Part shown: one piece after another, positions 39,455-52,377 of the stretch
How positions within the stretch are numbered: position 1 is the first letter of the stretch
Layout of the letters: each line of letters begins with the position of its first letter
Origin: Mytilus edulis
Taxonomy: Eukaryota
DNA length: 64,000 nt
Assembly (NCBI RefSeq): GCF_963676685.1
Contig: NC_092348.1
Location: 13,578,001-13,642,000, forward strand
Direction of reading: 5' to 3'
Notes under the pieces: generated by a model
Databases searched by the model: none
What the model was told of the DNA's origin: nothing
What the model saw: the letters and a program-made list of their open reading frames with translations, nothing else
Program-made: the position numbers and the translations under genes

Positions 39455-39720
39455 TTATGACAAAAGTGTGTCGGAAATCATATCTGATATTCTTCATCAG
39501 TCATAATAACCTTTCATCATTATCAAATTGACAAAGAAATAACACGACGGATGCCGTATACGGTGCCGGAAATGCTTACCCTTCCGGAGCACCTGATTTC
39601 ACTCCCGGTTTTTAGTGGAGTTGGAGTTGTTTCTTATTTATTATTTATAAGTGTTGATGTAAAATGTCCTTTGGTTTTTTGAGTCTTTGGTTTACTCCTT
39701 GGTTTTGCTTGTTATTGTCA
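39455..39720 (+). mobile_element. 3' end of a second Penelope-like family
   Basis: YDKSVSEIISDILHQS* resembles YGITLSQIISDMFLTS*; followed by a variant of the aacacgac...tgcttacccttccggagcacct motif and a distinct tail also seen at 48655-48676/50514-50588. Confidence 0.65.
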
Positions 39721-40831
39721 TTAGTCACTGGCTTTCTTCTCGTATACATTTTCAGTACCACAGCCCTCAATGCTTATATTTTCAGATTCTGCAAGTTAAA
39801 TTGAAACAAAACTTCGGCAAAACAGTGTAGTGAAATTAAAGCTGATATTTTCAGGTGACACTGTTTCAGCTATAATATGTCATATATATATCGAGTATTG
39901 GCGTATGAAGATGTCTTTTCCAAACTAGACATCTCGCAACATGTTAATAATTTGATTATGAATTTAAAAAAAAAATAAGAGTACTTTTCTTTAACAGAAG
40001 AATTCCCAATACTTTTTTTCGGACAAATTATCTATTAAGTATATCAATTTTTATTTCAGTTAGCATCAAAATTTAGGTTTTTTTTTATTTTGTAATTGAA
40101 TTCTACAATAAACCTTTAGATACAATGCATGCTCGAATTTCGGTGTTCGATTGGTTTTAATTGGTTTGCGTATACCAATGTTTATTTTTTGTTAAAGTTC
40201 ATGAATTATAGGTTTCATGGCGTCAAAATCTATAAATACAAATATTGCTTAAGTTTATTCAATTTTCATAATCAAGGCCAACCAACCCACATTGGATATA
40301 AATCAGATTAATAATATATCGACATTTTATAGTTTTAACTGCAATCAGCTTATGCAAACTGTTTAATTTGAAATAAGTAAACGAAAAATAAAAATTTCAT
40401 TATAATTATGCTGTTAAATTTCTTTCAGTCTTAGGTATTTTTGTTCAAACCTTGAACTATTTCGTGATGGAGGTTATATAAGTACATGAAATGAATAAAT
40501 AATTTTCAATTTATTTTCAGACCTTATAATGTACTTGATTAATAACGAATATTTTATTAATTTTACAGTTTTCAAATATCGCTTTAAATATTTAAAAGTT
40601 TGAACAGCTCAGCAATTTAAAACCTTTCCTTGAAATTAATTTAAGGCTAATTTTGAAAAGTGATCAATACGATTGTAAATTGAGGTAGTTAGGACGCCAC
40701 GAAACAGACTTTGAGAGTACAATTTTACAAAGAACTCTATCTAGAATGATATATCCTGGCATACAAGACAACTTATATCCATTAACAAATAATACACGAT
40801 GGTCTCGAAGCGTAGATTCTTAGTAGATTCT

Positions 40832-41352
40832 TCCAATTGATACGATATTCCCGTGCTTGCATTTCCTATCATGATTTTCTTGATAGAGGGTTGCTGCTCA
40901 CAAGGAAGCTATTAAACCAAGAGTTCCAAATGGTGAAGTTGAAATCATCCCTTCGTAAATTTTACGGACGCCATCACGAGTTGGTTGACCGCTATGGAAA
41001 TTCAATAACCGTTTCTCAAATGATATCGGATATGTTTCTTACGTCGTAACTACGTATACAATCCCCTTCCCTTTTATGAGTGTGACCTACCGAATTAGAT
41101 TATTTACCGGATTTGTAATCACATAAGCAACACGACGAAAGCCACACGAGGAGCAGGATCTGCTTACCCTTCCGGAGCACCTGAGATCACCTCTATTTTT
41201 TGGTGGGGTTCGTGTTGTTTATTCTTTAGTTTTCTATGTTGTGTCATGTGTGCTGTTGTTTGTTTGTCATTTTCATTTTTAGCCATGGTGTTGTCAGTTT
41301 GTTTTAGATTTATGAGGTTGACTGTCCCTTTGGTATCCTTCGTCCATATTTT
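40832..41352 (+). mobile_element. 5'-truncated Penelope-like element, same family as 29513-30154
   Basis: IRYSRACISYHDFLDRGLLLTRKLLNQEFQMVKLKSSLRKFYGRHHELVDRYG plus a near-identical tail. Confidence 0.8.
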
Positions 41353-42055
41353 AGTACTGACGTTGTTTATCTCTTAAAATCGTATTATAGTATACTTTAA
41401 TTTGTCTTTATGAATATTATTGTTACTGATTTGTCTGTTGTTTACGAGATTTCCATTTGACGTGGCTCTGTACTAATACATTCCCTCATTGTGTTATTGT
41501 ACTATGACAACTTTTGTTTTCTTGTTTTTCGTTTTGTTTTGTGTGCTTTGTCTGTATGCCTTTTAGTGTTTCTTTCTGGCAAGTAACGTGGCTCTGAACT
41601 TATACATCCCGTGTTATTGTGTCATTATAAATGTTGTTTATATATCTGTTTGTTATCATAGCGGTTAAGACAATAACACAACGCTGACTGTTATTCTCCT
41701 ATATTTGACATCTGTACCTTTCATGTCGGTTTCTTTTGTTCACGCATCGTTGTCAATATAGTAGAATTTTACACAACTTTAATACAAAGTGATATGTTTT
41801 TCTAGCCATCAAATCACGTTTAATCCATCATGGTTTACATTAGAAAATGTCTGTTCCAAGTCAGGAATATGACAGTTGTTGTCCATTCGTTCGATGTATT
41901 TGATTTTGCCATTTGATTAGGGACTTTCTGTTTTGAATTTGCGCAGGGTTCACTATTTGTGTGAACTTTAATTCAAATTCGAGGTTCTTATAACCTTTTG
42001 TCAAACAAATTCCTTCTACGCCTAAACATTATATTTTTTAAATACTACACCATGT

Positions 42056-43232
42056 TACGGAAGCGTATTAGGGACATAGAAAAAATAAAATTGACAGTGA
42101 ACTTTTTTTTCAATGTCGAAATTTTGACTAACTTGAAATTTTGACTTTTCAAATCCCGACATTTTGACTTAAACTTGAAATTGTGACTTTCTAAAATCTC
42201 GACTTATTGAAAAGTCGAAATTTTGACTTTTTTGAAACTCGAAATGCCAACTTATTTTAAACTCAAAATTTCGACTTTGATCTCAAAATTTCGGCTGTTG
42301 AAATCTCGAAATTTTTACTTTTTCCAAGTACTTTGATGTTAGTATTAAAACACAGTTATTACAATATTAGCTGGAGTAGACGCAAATTATAAAAGCGTCA
42401 TCCACACATTTTGGCAATTTATATTTTGAAATTGGTTTTGTTCTTAATTTAAGATATGGATTAGCATTTAATATTGAATTCTGAAAGAACATGCATAATG
42501 ACAGAAAAACAATGTTTTCCCATATTCCATGTTTTAGTTCCCACGACACTGTCATAGAATTGTCAGATCTGAGAACATTTAGCATCGCAGTTTCAAAGGC
42601 CTGTTTGGTTTCCCAATAGCAAGTCACTGACTTTGCCTTGTTTAAACAATGGTTAATCAAGTAGCCAAAATGCCATGCATATTCAGGATGACAAATGAGC
42701 TGCTCGGTTTTCTAGTTTTGGAATTTTGAAATAATGGTTCTTTTTCCTCGAACAATGATTAAACTCTACAAGTTGACATTCTTATGACACAACTATTAAC
42801 CCTTGTCTTTATATATTAGACTGATGAATAAAAGTATGTCGTAATATAGGTGTGTCTAAATAACGGGGTTGTCTTGATACACATATCTGAAGTCCAGACT
42901 TGAATTATATATTTGAACGTGAAACATATTTTATTTCTCCTTAGGCAAGAACATAATTTTCTATTTAGAATAACCTCTTTAAAATGGTTTAGTTTACTTA
43001 AATATGCTTGAGTTTAAACAAAGTCGAAATTTTGAGTTTAAAAAAAGTCGAAATTTCGAGTTTAGAAAGAGCCGAAATTTCGAGTTGAGAAAAAGTCGAA
43101 ATTTCAAGATAAGAAAAGTTAAAATTTCGAGTTAAAGTCGAAATTTTAAGATTTGAAATTTCAAAATTTCGACTTTGAAAAAAAAGTTCATTGCTAATAT
43201 TATTTTTTCTATGTCCCTAATACGCTTCCGTA
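42056..43232. mobile_element. Non-autonomous DNA transposon (MITE), IS3EU-like
   Basis: TIR TACGGAAGCGTATTAGGGACATAGAAAAAATAA / TTATTTTTTCTATGTCCCTAATACGCTTCCGTA; perfect 6-bp TSD CCATGT (42050-42055, 43233-43238); inverted subterminal arrays of ~21-bp tcgaaattttgacttt repeats. Confidence 0.9.
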
Positions 43233-45456
43233 CCATGTTATATGTTTATTATTCATATTGTTACGTTTATCGCATCTCCATTAGAATTGTGTCTGTACTA
43301 AAACGCAAATACTAGTACGTCATCTGTATATAATGATAGCATTTCATAATTGATTCGCCGTTTAAAGGTTCAGGTAAAATGATTTGACAATTTTTTTTTA
43401 TACACTTACTGAAAGTTAAACACACAAATATTCTTTCGGTATCACAATAATCCAGTGGTATTACAAGAAATCATAGACTGGCACTCTGTCCTATATCTGG
43501 ATTCCTATGGCAACAAGGATTACTTTTTTATAATTAGATATGTGTGTGCTGAAAGGGAGAGAACCTGTCTGATTGAACCACAAAGTCATATTTAAGGTTT
43601 AGAATAGTTTTATTATGGTACTAAATTATATTGTAGTATGATAAAGAGACCCTCACACTGTGGTCAGAAGGTAATACTTGCAGATAATACTGAACAGCAA
43701 TTCAATATATGGTACCAAACACCACCATTCAGTTAAAGATTATAATATCTGAAATAAAAAATATAGTGACAAAGAAAACAATTAAGATACTAAGCATAAT
43801 TAAAGCTCCAAATAGACATTATAGTTGTATAAGATAATGTTGAAATCAAATAGATGTGGTGTGAGTGCCAATGAGACACCTCTCCATCCAAGTCACACTT
43901 TATAAAAGTGAACCATTATAGGTCAAGGTTTTCAACACGGAGCCTATGCTCAAATGTCTGCCTTCATACAGAATACAATGAAAATGTTGTAAAAATAAAA
44001 AAAAATAAAAGGTATGTTCTTCCACTGGCACATATAGGTTTTCATGAAAATGACAAAATTTACTTAAATATATAATAGACAATAAAAGGGATTGATTAAC
44101 TAGAACTCGTGTTATCGCATACAGTAAATCATATGAATATAAATTCTGCGGTAGTTTCATTCATTTCATAATCGAAATAAAATTACATGCTATGAGTAAA
44201 AATAGAGAACTGAACACTTGAAGGCCAGGGAATAATAAATATGTAGAAATAAAAGACGCTTGATGACCAAAACCTGTCGTAAAGCATGGTTATCTTTATC
44301 TAATGGCAACTTTGACTGAATGAGTTTGAACTTTAGTTTCTGAAGAATTTCTGATTTGATCAGCATGAAATATAAGAAAATCATGTTAATTATCATTTCA
44401 TTTCCAAAGCCTTGGACACTGACCTGATGATAACCCCTATAGAATTACAGTCTACTCAATAAAATGAGGAACTTTGAAAAAGAAAATCATATTTTTGTTG
44501 ATTTTTTACACCAAATCATTATTTATCTCCCCAAACAAAACCTCACTTATTACTGATGTCATTGGACATACAGGATTATTACCAACGGGGCGAATGTCTT
44601 GATGCTAGGTGTTGAATCGAAAGTTGCATTGTTTCTTTTTCTTTCCGCCGAGAAATATTTCTTTGAATCCCTACCAAATCAGTTCCACAATGTTGCGTTC
44701 CCTGTTGGAATGACTGAGAAATAGAAATTATATCAAGCAACAATGACCGGCCGACCTGAGGTGACAATGTCATGTCAATCATACAGCTTTCTGCAACGAC
44801 ATTCGCAAATCAGATTTACAACTGCAGTGTCCGTCACAAACGAAGTCGTCGTAGTAGACAGATTTATGCCAAACGTTACATTTAAACTGAAATGCAGCAG
44901 AATCCACTACATAGAACCATATTATTGTATTCTAGTTAAACCATATATTTGCAAAACACACTAAAACGGATGGGACAGAACCGAATGAGGAAACACAAAC
45001 TTCTCGAACGGAATTGTCAGAATGGTGATCACCATTTCGACTTTGTTGACCCTATGTAAGATGAATATCTTAAAAATGACATATTAACCCCACAAGTACT
45101 TCATTTATTAACATTCATTATTATACCTTTCATTATATAGAAAATACTTGTTCACGTGATACGGAATCACGTGTCAGAGTTTAATTTCGATTTTTTTTCC
45201 AAAAATTGACAGGATCAATGAATAAATAAAGGCAACAGTAGTATATCGCTGTTCGAAAGTCATCGAGATTAAGAGAAAACAAATCCGGGTTACAATCTAA
45301 AACGAAGGTAAACAAATCAACTATAAGAAGAAAACAACGAAACAACAGAAACACAGAAGGACAACAAAAAACCAAATCGACAATGCAACATACACAGAAT
45401 CGAACTATAAGATAACAACTGCCATTTTCCTGACTTTATACAGGACATTTTAAGAA

Positions 45457-45841
45457 TAATTACACCTTACTGGGTTATGATTGGTTGGTAGCCAGTGTAT
45501 TTTTCACCAATTTACTGTTATCAAATGAATATCGCTCATTTTTAACGCCGCCGGGGTATTTTCAAAAAGGATATGCCTTTTTTTACCCGCTCTGCGGTGG
45601 TATTTGCCCGAAATAAAATTACTCTATCCGACTGGACGGTTGTAACGTCACGATCATCAATGCGTTTCTGAACATTAACCTTCGGTGTAAATTAAACATA
45701 TATAGCATGTTCTTGGGGGGTATTTGCGAAAAATACCAGTATTGAGAATGAATTTCCCTCGCCTTACGGCTCACGAAATTAAACATTCTGTCACTGGTAT
45801 TTTTCGCAAATACCCCTCCTTAACATGATATATCTGTTTAA
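45457..45841. mobile_element. Hairpin-ended non-autonomous element inserted into an older repeat
   Basis: Body bounded by ttacacc/ggtgtaa, then a 150-bp hairpin at 45692-45841; the host repeat resumes at aaatggtg. Confidence 0.7.
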
Positions 45842-45999
45842 AAATGGTGAGTTGAAATTGGTTTTGTTGCTAGCCAAATCTCTCGCTTTAATGGCAATGT
45901 TTAATGTAACACTTAAATGACAACATTACATGACAGAACTACATTACAAATAAATGCAAAAACATTCAAGACAGGGAAATACACAAAACCCGAAGTCTC

Positions 46000-46544
46000 T
46001 ATCGTACAACCAACCCTATTATTCCCCGGTGAATAACCCCGATTAATTGAAGCATCTCTCGAACAACCCTATTCTTCACCGGTGAATACAAAATGATCAA
46101 GATTTGATTCCCTTTAACGTATGATGTCAGAGAAACAAAAATAAAATGGCAACGACCAAGTTAAAAGTCGATCAAATAACGACGTAATAACACCATACAA
46201 TACTAGGAAACTCATCAAGTGTCGATGATATCTAGTGTAAACAGCATTTTTTCGGGGCCATCTAAATTTTACAGAAAGAGTCGACCTTTGTTGTACATTC
46301 ACATGCCAATAGACACAGAATTGTTTTCAAACGTAAGTGTTTTGACAATCTGTTACAACATTTTACTTTTATTAGAAAAATGTTTGTTCGGTATAATAAA
46401 ACAATTATGGCCCATTGATTCGGTGAATATCCAAAACGGTCAACCCGAGTGAGGGTTATTTCCCTCGGGCTAAACCCCTCGTCGAATAACCCTTCCTCGG
46501 GTTGACCATTTTGAATATTCACCTTAGCGGGCCATAATTGTATA
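46000..46544. mobile_element. Hairpin-ended non-autonomous element (hairpin 46401-46541)
   Basis: acaattatggccc...ggtcaacccgag...ctcgggttgacc...gggccataattgt; left boundary approximate. Confidence 0.6.
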
Positions 46545-47639
46545 CTGATTCAACTACATTGTAGTTATCTATTTGTGGTTATCTTAACTTAATGTTCGGG
46601 GTTATTTAAACTAAGTCAGACGGAGCATTGTCAAGCGTAAAACAGAAAACTAATTAATCTTAACGGTAGTATTTATTATGACTTTTAATGCAATTGTTGT
46701 TTCTTTTACAGATCAACAAAAACGTAATAGCTATTTTATAACATGTAGTCGCTATGAAATTATGGAAAAATATATCAAATTGCCAACATGTTTTTTTTTC
46801 TGTTTCCTTGTCATTGACCGCTAAGATGTGTTGTGTCAGGCAATGACTTAAAAAGTTTATTATTTGATTTATACAAATGTCAAGGGCTGAGGGTCTTAAT
46901 TCGTGTTTTCTCCGAAAAAGTACTAAGCATTTACAATGAGCAAAAGGATATTTGGGGTACAAGATCATGAGAGTGTAACCCAATAAGAATAAAACCAGAA
47001 GGACATCAATAGATTACTCTCAATTTTCAAACAGACACGTGGCTTTACTTTTGTTTCACTATATATTGATTCGAGTTTAGACGGTTAGATTTTGCTTGAA
47101 ACAAACATATTAGTCTACTTAAGATCTGTTATTTCTTCTTTGAAGGACAAAACTGTGGATACAATTCATTAACAAACGGGGTTCAGGATTTAGAATAACC
47201 ACATTATTGTGTGTAACTATAGCTTGCGTAGCAATACGCAGTTTGGTTTCACACTTAAACCCGATGATTTTTTCGGCATGTTTTATAAGACTTTTTTTCA
47301 GTTTCCCGGTCTGCATTTTTACATCCGTACTTGCTTAAATAGATCGTTAGTTACGGCAATGTTTTCATACATATAAATTTAAGCTCCAACTTCAGAAAAG
47401 GTTTATAACAAAAAAATGAAATTCTACTTTGGACCAAAATTGAGTGCATTTGTAACATATTTACTGTTTTCGCAATGCTTTGTATCAAATAAATGCAGAG
47501 CTTGTTGCCATGAGTTTACCACACAGAGAATTGATTTCCCCATTCTAAATTTGGAAAATCATATCTTTGGAAGATAGATTTTCCGTACATTTGCACATAC
47601 ATGACTTTAACAGGAAACCTTATTTGTAAGAAAGCAAGT

Positions 47640-48168
47640 AGTAATATGATTAGTTACATAGTGTATCAGTGACCTAATATGATATATATAGGGTCAGTAA
47701 ATTCCATATGGGATGAGAGCAAACTTCGAATCCCCATATGGAATTTACTGACCCGATATATAGCGTATTAAGTCACTAGCACACTATGTGACGAATTTAT
47801 CTTACCGACTATCTTAACATGTGGTATTTAGACTAGTGTACCATAAAAGTGATCAAGTCTTCAATACTGTTAGTATCAATAACCTACTTCCATTGGTCTA
47901 TGCAAAAACAAATGCCAACAATAACATTGTGTTAACTTTAAATGTATTTTATGATTTTATATCAATCGTTCATTATCAATTTCATCATCTGTCGAAACCT
48001 TTAAGATTTTTCCTCAACACCGTGTTGCTTGTATAAAGGGACATACGACCACTATTAACCGTGTACTGAAACAAGCACAGCATACTAACCTAATATGGAA
48101 TAAACACGGTCTCCACGGGGGTTGCTTTTAAACAATCATATTCCTAGAAATGTATAGGAGGTAAGATA
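47640..48168. mobile_element. Hairpin-ended non-autonomous element (hairpin ~47640-47805; body bounded by tatcttacc/ggtaagata)
   Basis: acatagtg...gggtcagtaaattccatatggg / cccatatggaatttactgaccc...cactatgt. Confidence 0.65.
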
Positions 48169-48676
48169 ATGTTAGTTACAGCATGACTTAACTTAGTAAA
48201 TACATTAAATCTAAGTTAGCTTATATCTTTTATATATACCAGTTGTCTCCCCTGATATATTTGAATGTAGAACATATTAGAGACAGCGGGATTTTTTTGG
48301 GGGGATTCAGGTCGTCGATTCTTGAAATATGACCTTTGCTTCTTTTTGTCACTTCTCTGAAATTGTAAGAGAGGTTTGGAACATTACGATAAAGATTTAT
48401 TACATTTGGTTTTAAACCAATCTAATGACATCTATTAGAGTTTACGTCCTAGGTGTATTGAATTATGATTAATTGGGTTACAATGTGATGCATGTTAATG
48501 TTCAAAAAATGAGATCTTTTGCAATCGGTTTGGAGACAACTCACTTAAGTAAACAGTCAACCGGAATACTTTTTCAAGTGTTTCGTCAAATATTTTGAAC
48601 ATCAATATTTTTGTTGACTGATTTGATCCAAAAATGTACATCTTATAATGAAGTTCGTGTTGTTTCTTAATTATTA

Positions 48677-50513
48677 TTATACCCCCGCTTTAAAAAAGGG
48701 GGGGTATACTGTTTTACCTCTGTCTGTCCGTCCATCAGTCCGTCCGTCAGTCAGTCCGTCCCATGAAACTTTCGTCACATTTTTCTCAGGAACTACACAT
48801 CCACCCTTTCTGTAATTTGGTATCAACATTTATATATGTCAGCCATACCGTGTGATGCGTTTTCAGATTCATCACTTGACAACTTCCTGTTTACCGAACA
48901 CTTGTCTGATTTTACACATGATAGCCAAGTTGAAAATTTTCGTCACATTTTTCTCAGGAACTACAATACAAGGATTTCTGAAATTTGGTTTCAGGATTTA
49001 TATAAGTCAGCTATACCGTGTGATGCGTTTTCAGATTCATCACCCGCTTTAAAAAAGGGGGGGTATACTGTTTTACCTCTGTCAGTCAGTCCGTCCCATG
49101 AAACTTTCGTCACATTTTTCTCAGGAACTACACATCCACCCTTTCTGTAATTTGGTATCAACATTTATATATGTCAGCCATACCGTGTGATGCGTTTTCA
49201 GATTCATCACTTGACAACTTCCTGTTTACCGAATACTTGTCTGATTTTACACATGATAGCCAAGTTGAAAATTTTCGTCACATTTTTCTCAGGAACTACA
49301 ATACAAGGATTTCTGAAATTTGGTTTCAGGATTTATATAAGTCAGCTATACCGTGTGATGCGTTTTCAGATTCATCACTCGACATCTTCCTGTTTACCGA
49401 ACACTTGTATGATTTTACACATGATAACCAAGTTGAAAATTTTCGTCACATTTTTCTCAGGAACTACAATACAAGGATTTCTGAAATTTGGTTTCAGGAT
49501 TTATATAAGTCAGCTATACTGTGTGATGCGTTTTCAGATTCATCACTCGACAACTTCCTGTTTACCGAACACTTGTATGATTTTACACATGATAACCAAG
49601 TTGAAAATTTTCGTCACATTTTTCTCAGGAACTACAATACAAGGATTTCTGAAATTTGGTTTCAGGATTTATATAAGTCAGCTATACCGTGTGATGCGTT
49701 TTCAGATTCATCACCCGCTTTAAAAAAGGGGGGGATACTGTTTTACCTCTGTCTGTCCGTCCATCAGTCCGTCTGTCAGTCAGTCCGTCCCATGAAACTT
49801 TCGTCACATTTTTCTCAGGAACTACACATCCACCCTTTCTGTAATTTGGTATCAACATTTATATATGTCAGCCATACCGTGTGATGCGTTTTCAGATTCA
49901 TCACTTGACAACTTCCTGTTTACCGAATACTTGTCTGATTTTACACATGATAGCCAAGTTGAAAATTTTCGTCACATTTTTCTCAGGAACTACAATACAA
50001 GGATTTCTGAAATTTGGTTTCAGGATTTATATAAGTCAGCTATACCGTGTGATGCGTTTTCAGATTCATCACTCGACATCTTCCTGTTTACCGAACACTT
50101 GTATGATTTTACACATGATAACCAAGTTGAAAATTTTCGTCACATTTTTCTCAGGAACTACAATACAAGGATTTCTGAAATTTGGTTTCAGGATTTATAT
50201 AAGTCAGCTATACTGTGTGATGCGTTTTCAGATTCATCACTCGACAACTTCCTGTTTACCGAACACTTGTATGATTTTACACATGATAACCAAGTTAAAA
50301 ATTTTCGTCACATTTTTCTCAGGAACTACAATACAAGGATTTCTGAAATTTGGTTTCAGGATTTTTATAAGTCAGCTATACCGTGTGATGCGTTTTCAGA
50401 TTCATCACTCGACAACTTCCTGTTTACTGAACACTTGCATATTTTTACACTATTAATATTATCCACTTGCGGCGGGGGTATCATCAGTGAGCAGTAGCTC
50501 GCAGTTTCACTTG
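48677..50513 (+). mobile_element. Helentron-associated non-autonomous element (HINE/DINE-1/pearl-like) with an internal 168-bp satellite and three head modules
   Basis: 5' subTIR TTATACCCCCGC with nearby IR GGGGGGTATA, (GTCC/GTCA/GTCT)n microsatellite, ~9 copies of a 168-bp unit, 3' subTIR GCGGGGGTAT (50472-50481), hairpin GTGAGC-AGTA-GCTCGC (50487-50502). Inserted at a T-rich site in a retroelement tail (compare 39626-39720). Confidence 0.88.
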
Positions 50514-50924
50514 TTTACAACTGTTGATGTAAATGTCCTTTGGTTTTGTGAGTCTTTGTTTACTCCTTGGTTTTGATTGTTATTGTCTTATATAAATAAA
50601 AACAATGCTTTACATATTTCTGTAACCTATTGCATGAAATCAGACATACGTAAATAAACACAATTTCATTAGCTCGCTTTTTCTTTAAAAACAATAATTG
50701 ATATCATGTTTATATCAGTTAGGCAGTCCTCGAAGGTCATCTCGACGATTGATTATATAGCGTCTAGACTAAAACACACACGAAATATGAGCATCTGAAC
50801 TGTCATTGTATTTACCTTTATATAAATTTGAGGTACATACTTTTGGAATTTGTGGCAATAAACCTTTATTTGACGCGAAATGGACTTTAACTGAACATCA
50901 CTGATCATCTTCAATCGCATCATA

Positions 50925-51340
50925 TAAAAAAGAAGATGTGGTATGATTGCCAATGACACAACTATCCACAAAAGACCAAAATGACACAGACATTAACAAC
51001 TATAGGTTACCGTACGGCCTTCAACAATGAGCAAAGCCCATACCGCATAGTCAGCTATAATAGGTCCCGATAAGACAATGTAAAACAATTCAAACGAGAA
51101 AACTAACGCCTTATTTATGTAAAAAAATGAACGAAAAACAAATATGTAACACATAAACAAACGACAACCACTGAATTACAGGCTCCTGACTTGGGACAGG
51201 CACATACATAATTAATGTGACGGGGTTAAACATGCTAGCGGGATCCCAGCCCTCCCCTAACCTGGGACAGTGGTATAACAGTACAACATAAGAACGAACT
51301 ATAAAAATCAGTTGAAAAAGGCTTAACTCATCAGATGGAT
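50925..51340 (+). mobile_element. Well-preserved copy of the abundant gatgtggtatgattgccaatgag repeat
   Basis: Multiple homologous copies elsewhere in the window. Confidence 0.75.
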
Positions 51341-52139
51341 CGTTGACGTATACGTAACAGGGATACACTGACTCGGACCCTGTGTGTAAATCAAATGTAT
51401 TTTTCTAACTGTTCACAAGCAATGACAGACATACTTTTTTATTGTTTATTTAATTGGATGATTTTGTAATGTCATTGAGCAAATACCCCGCCTGTGTAAC
51501 CAAGTAACAGAACCCTTCTTTTTCACTAACCGTCTCTATAGCCTTTCTAAATTTAAAAAGAATATCATTATAAGATCATATGAAATTAAGATTTCTGATA
51601 CGCATTAAAGACTCATATATTGTTTTTGATATATATCTTGATACTTATACTCATATATTGATTTTGTATATCTCCTGATACTTAAAAACATTAACGTATA
51701 GATACGTTTGGATACGTTATAATGGTTATAGATTGACAGAACTCTATTAAAGATAAAATGATCAAACACTCGTTAATAATCCACATTGAAACCAATTTGG
51801 ATTAGCAAAATTAGTACTCACAAAACAAGTTGAACTCCGACAGTATTGGTTTCGCAACTTTCGTATTAATATTTTTTTTTTTTTTTTTTTTAACATACTC
51901 AAGTTAACAATAATACTGAGTGTATTTTTTGTCAAGGTTAAAATAAAAAAATACCCTTACGTTTTGAACAAGTTTTTTATAGTAGTGTTATACTTTACCA
52001 TGTTCAGGACAACCTTGACGTAACCCTTGATTGATTCCGTCTTACTTTTGTGGTTGATCCCCTGAACCTTTAATTAACAAAAGCAGGATATTATTTGCGA
52101 AATTTGTGTTTTCCTTAATTTCTGTCATATATTAAAACA

Positions 52140-52377
52140 AAAACTGTGTTACGTTAGGTCAGTGTCCTGGATATATACTATTTCGTACCTGCCAGATTAC
52201 ATGTTCCTCACTGGTAAACATATCATTAAAATGTCACAATAGTATGAATATTTTAGGAATAAATTGGGTACTTTTTTAGACGATTAAAGGCACATGGACC
52301 ACCTTGCGTTTCGTAAAGCTCTTACTATATAAAAGGTTGCAGTGAGCGCTTCCGTGATCACATAACCTGGAAGTGAG
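52140..52377 (+). promoter_or_regulatory. Tyrosinase-1 promoter (TATATAAAAG at 52326-52335) and short non-coding exon 1 ending at 52377
   Basis: Consensus TATA box; block-wise conservation with the paralog promoter at 62860-63102; aligned donors GAG|GTGAAG and AAG|GTAAAT. Confidence 0.7.

Noticed and set aside
42367-42660. 97-aa ORF inside the IS3EU-like MITE
   Set aside because: No recognisable transposase motif; non-ATG start.
48836-50497. Long repetitive ORFs (104-237 aa) in two frames
   Set aside because: They arise because the satellite unit is 168 bp (56 codons) and happens to lack stops. They lie inside a non-autonomous element with no coding hallmarks.
51322-51340. CTGATGAG on the minus strand as a hammerhead core
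   Set aside because: No helix II or GAAA follows.
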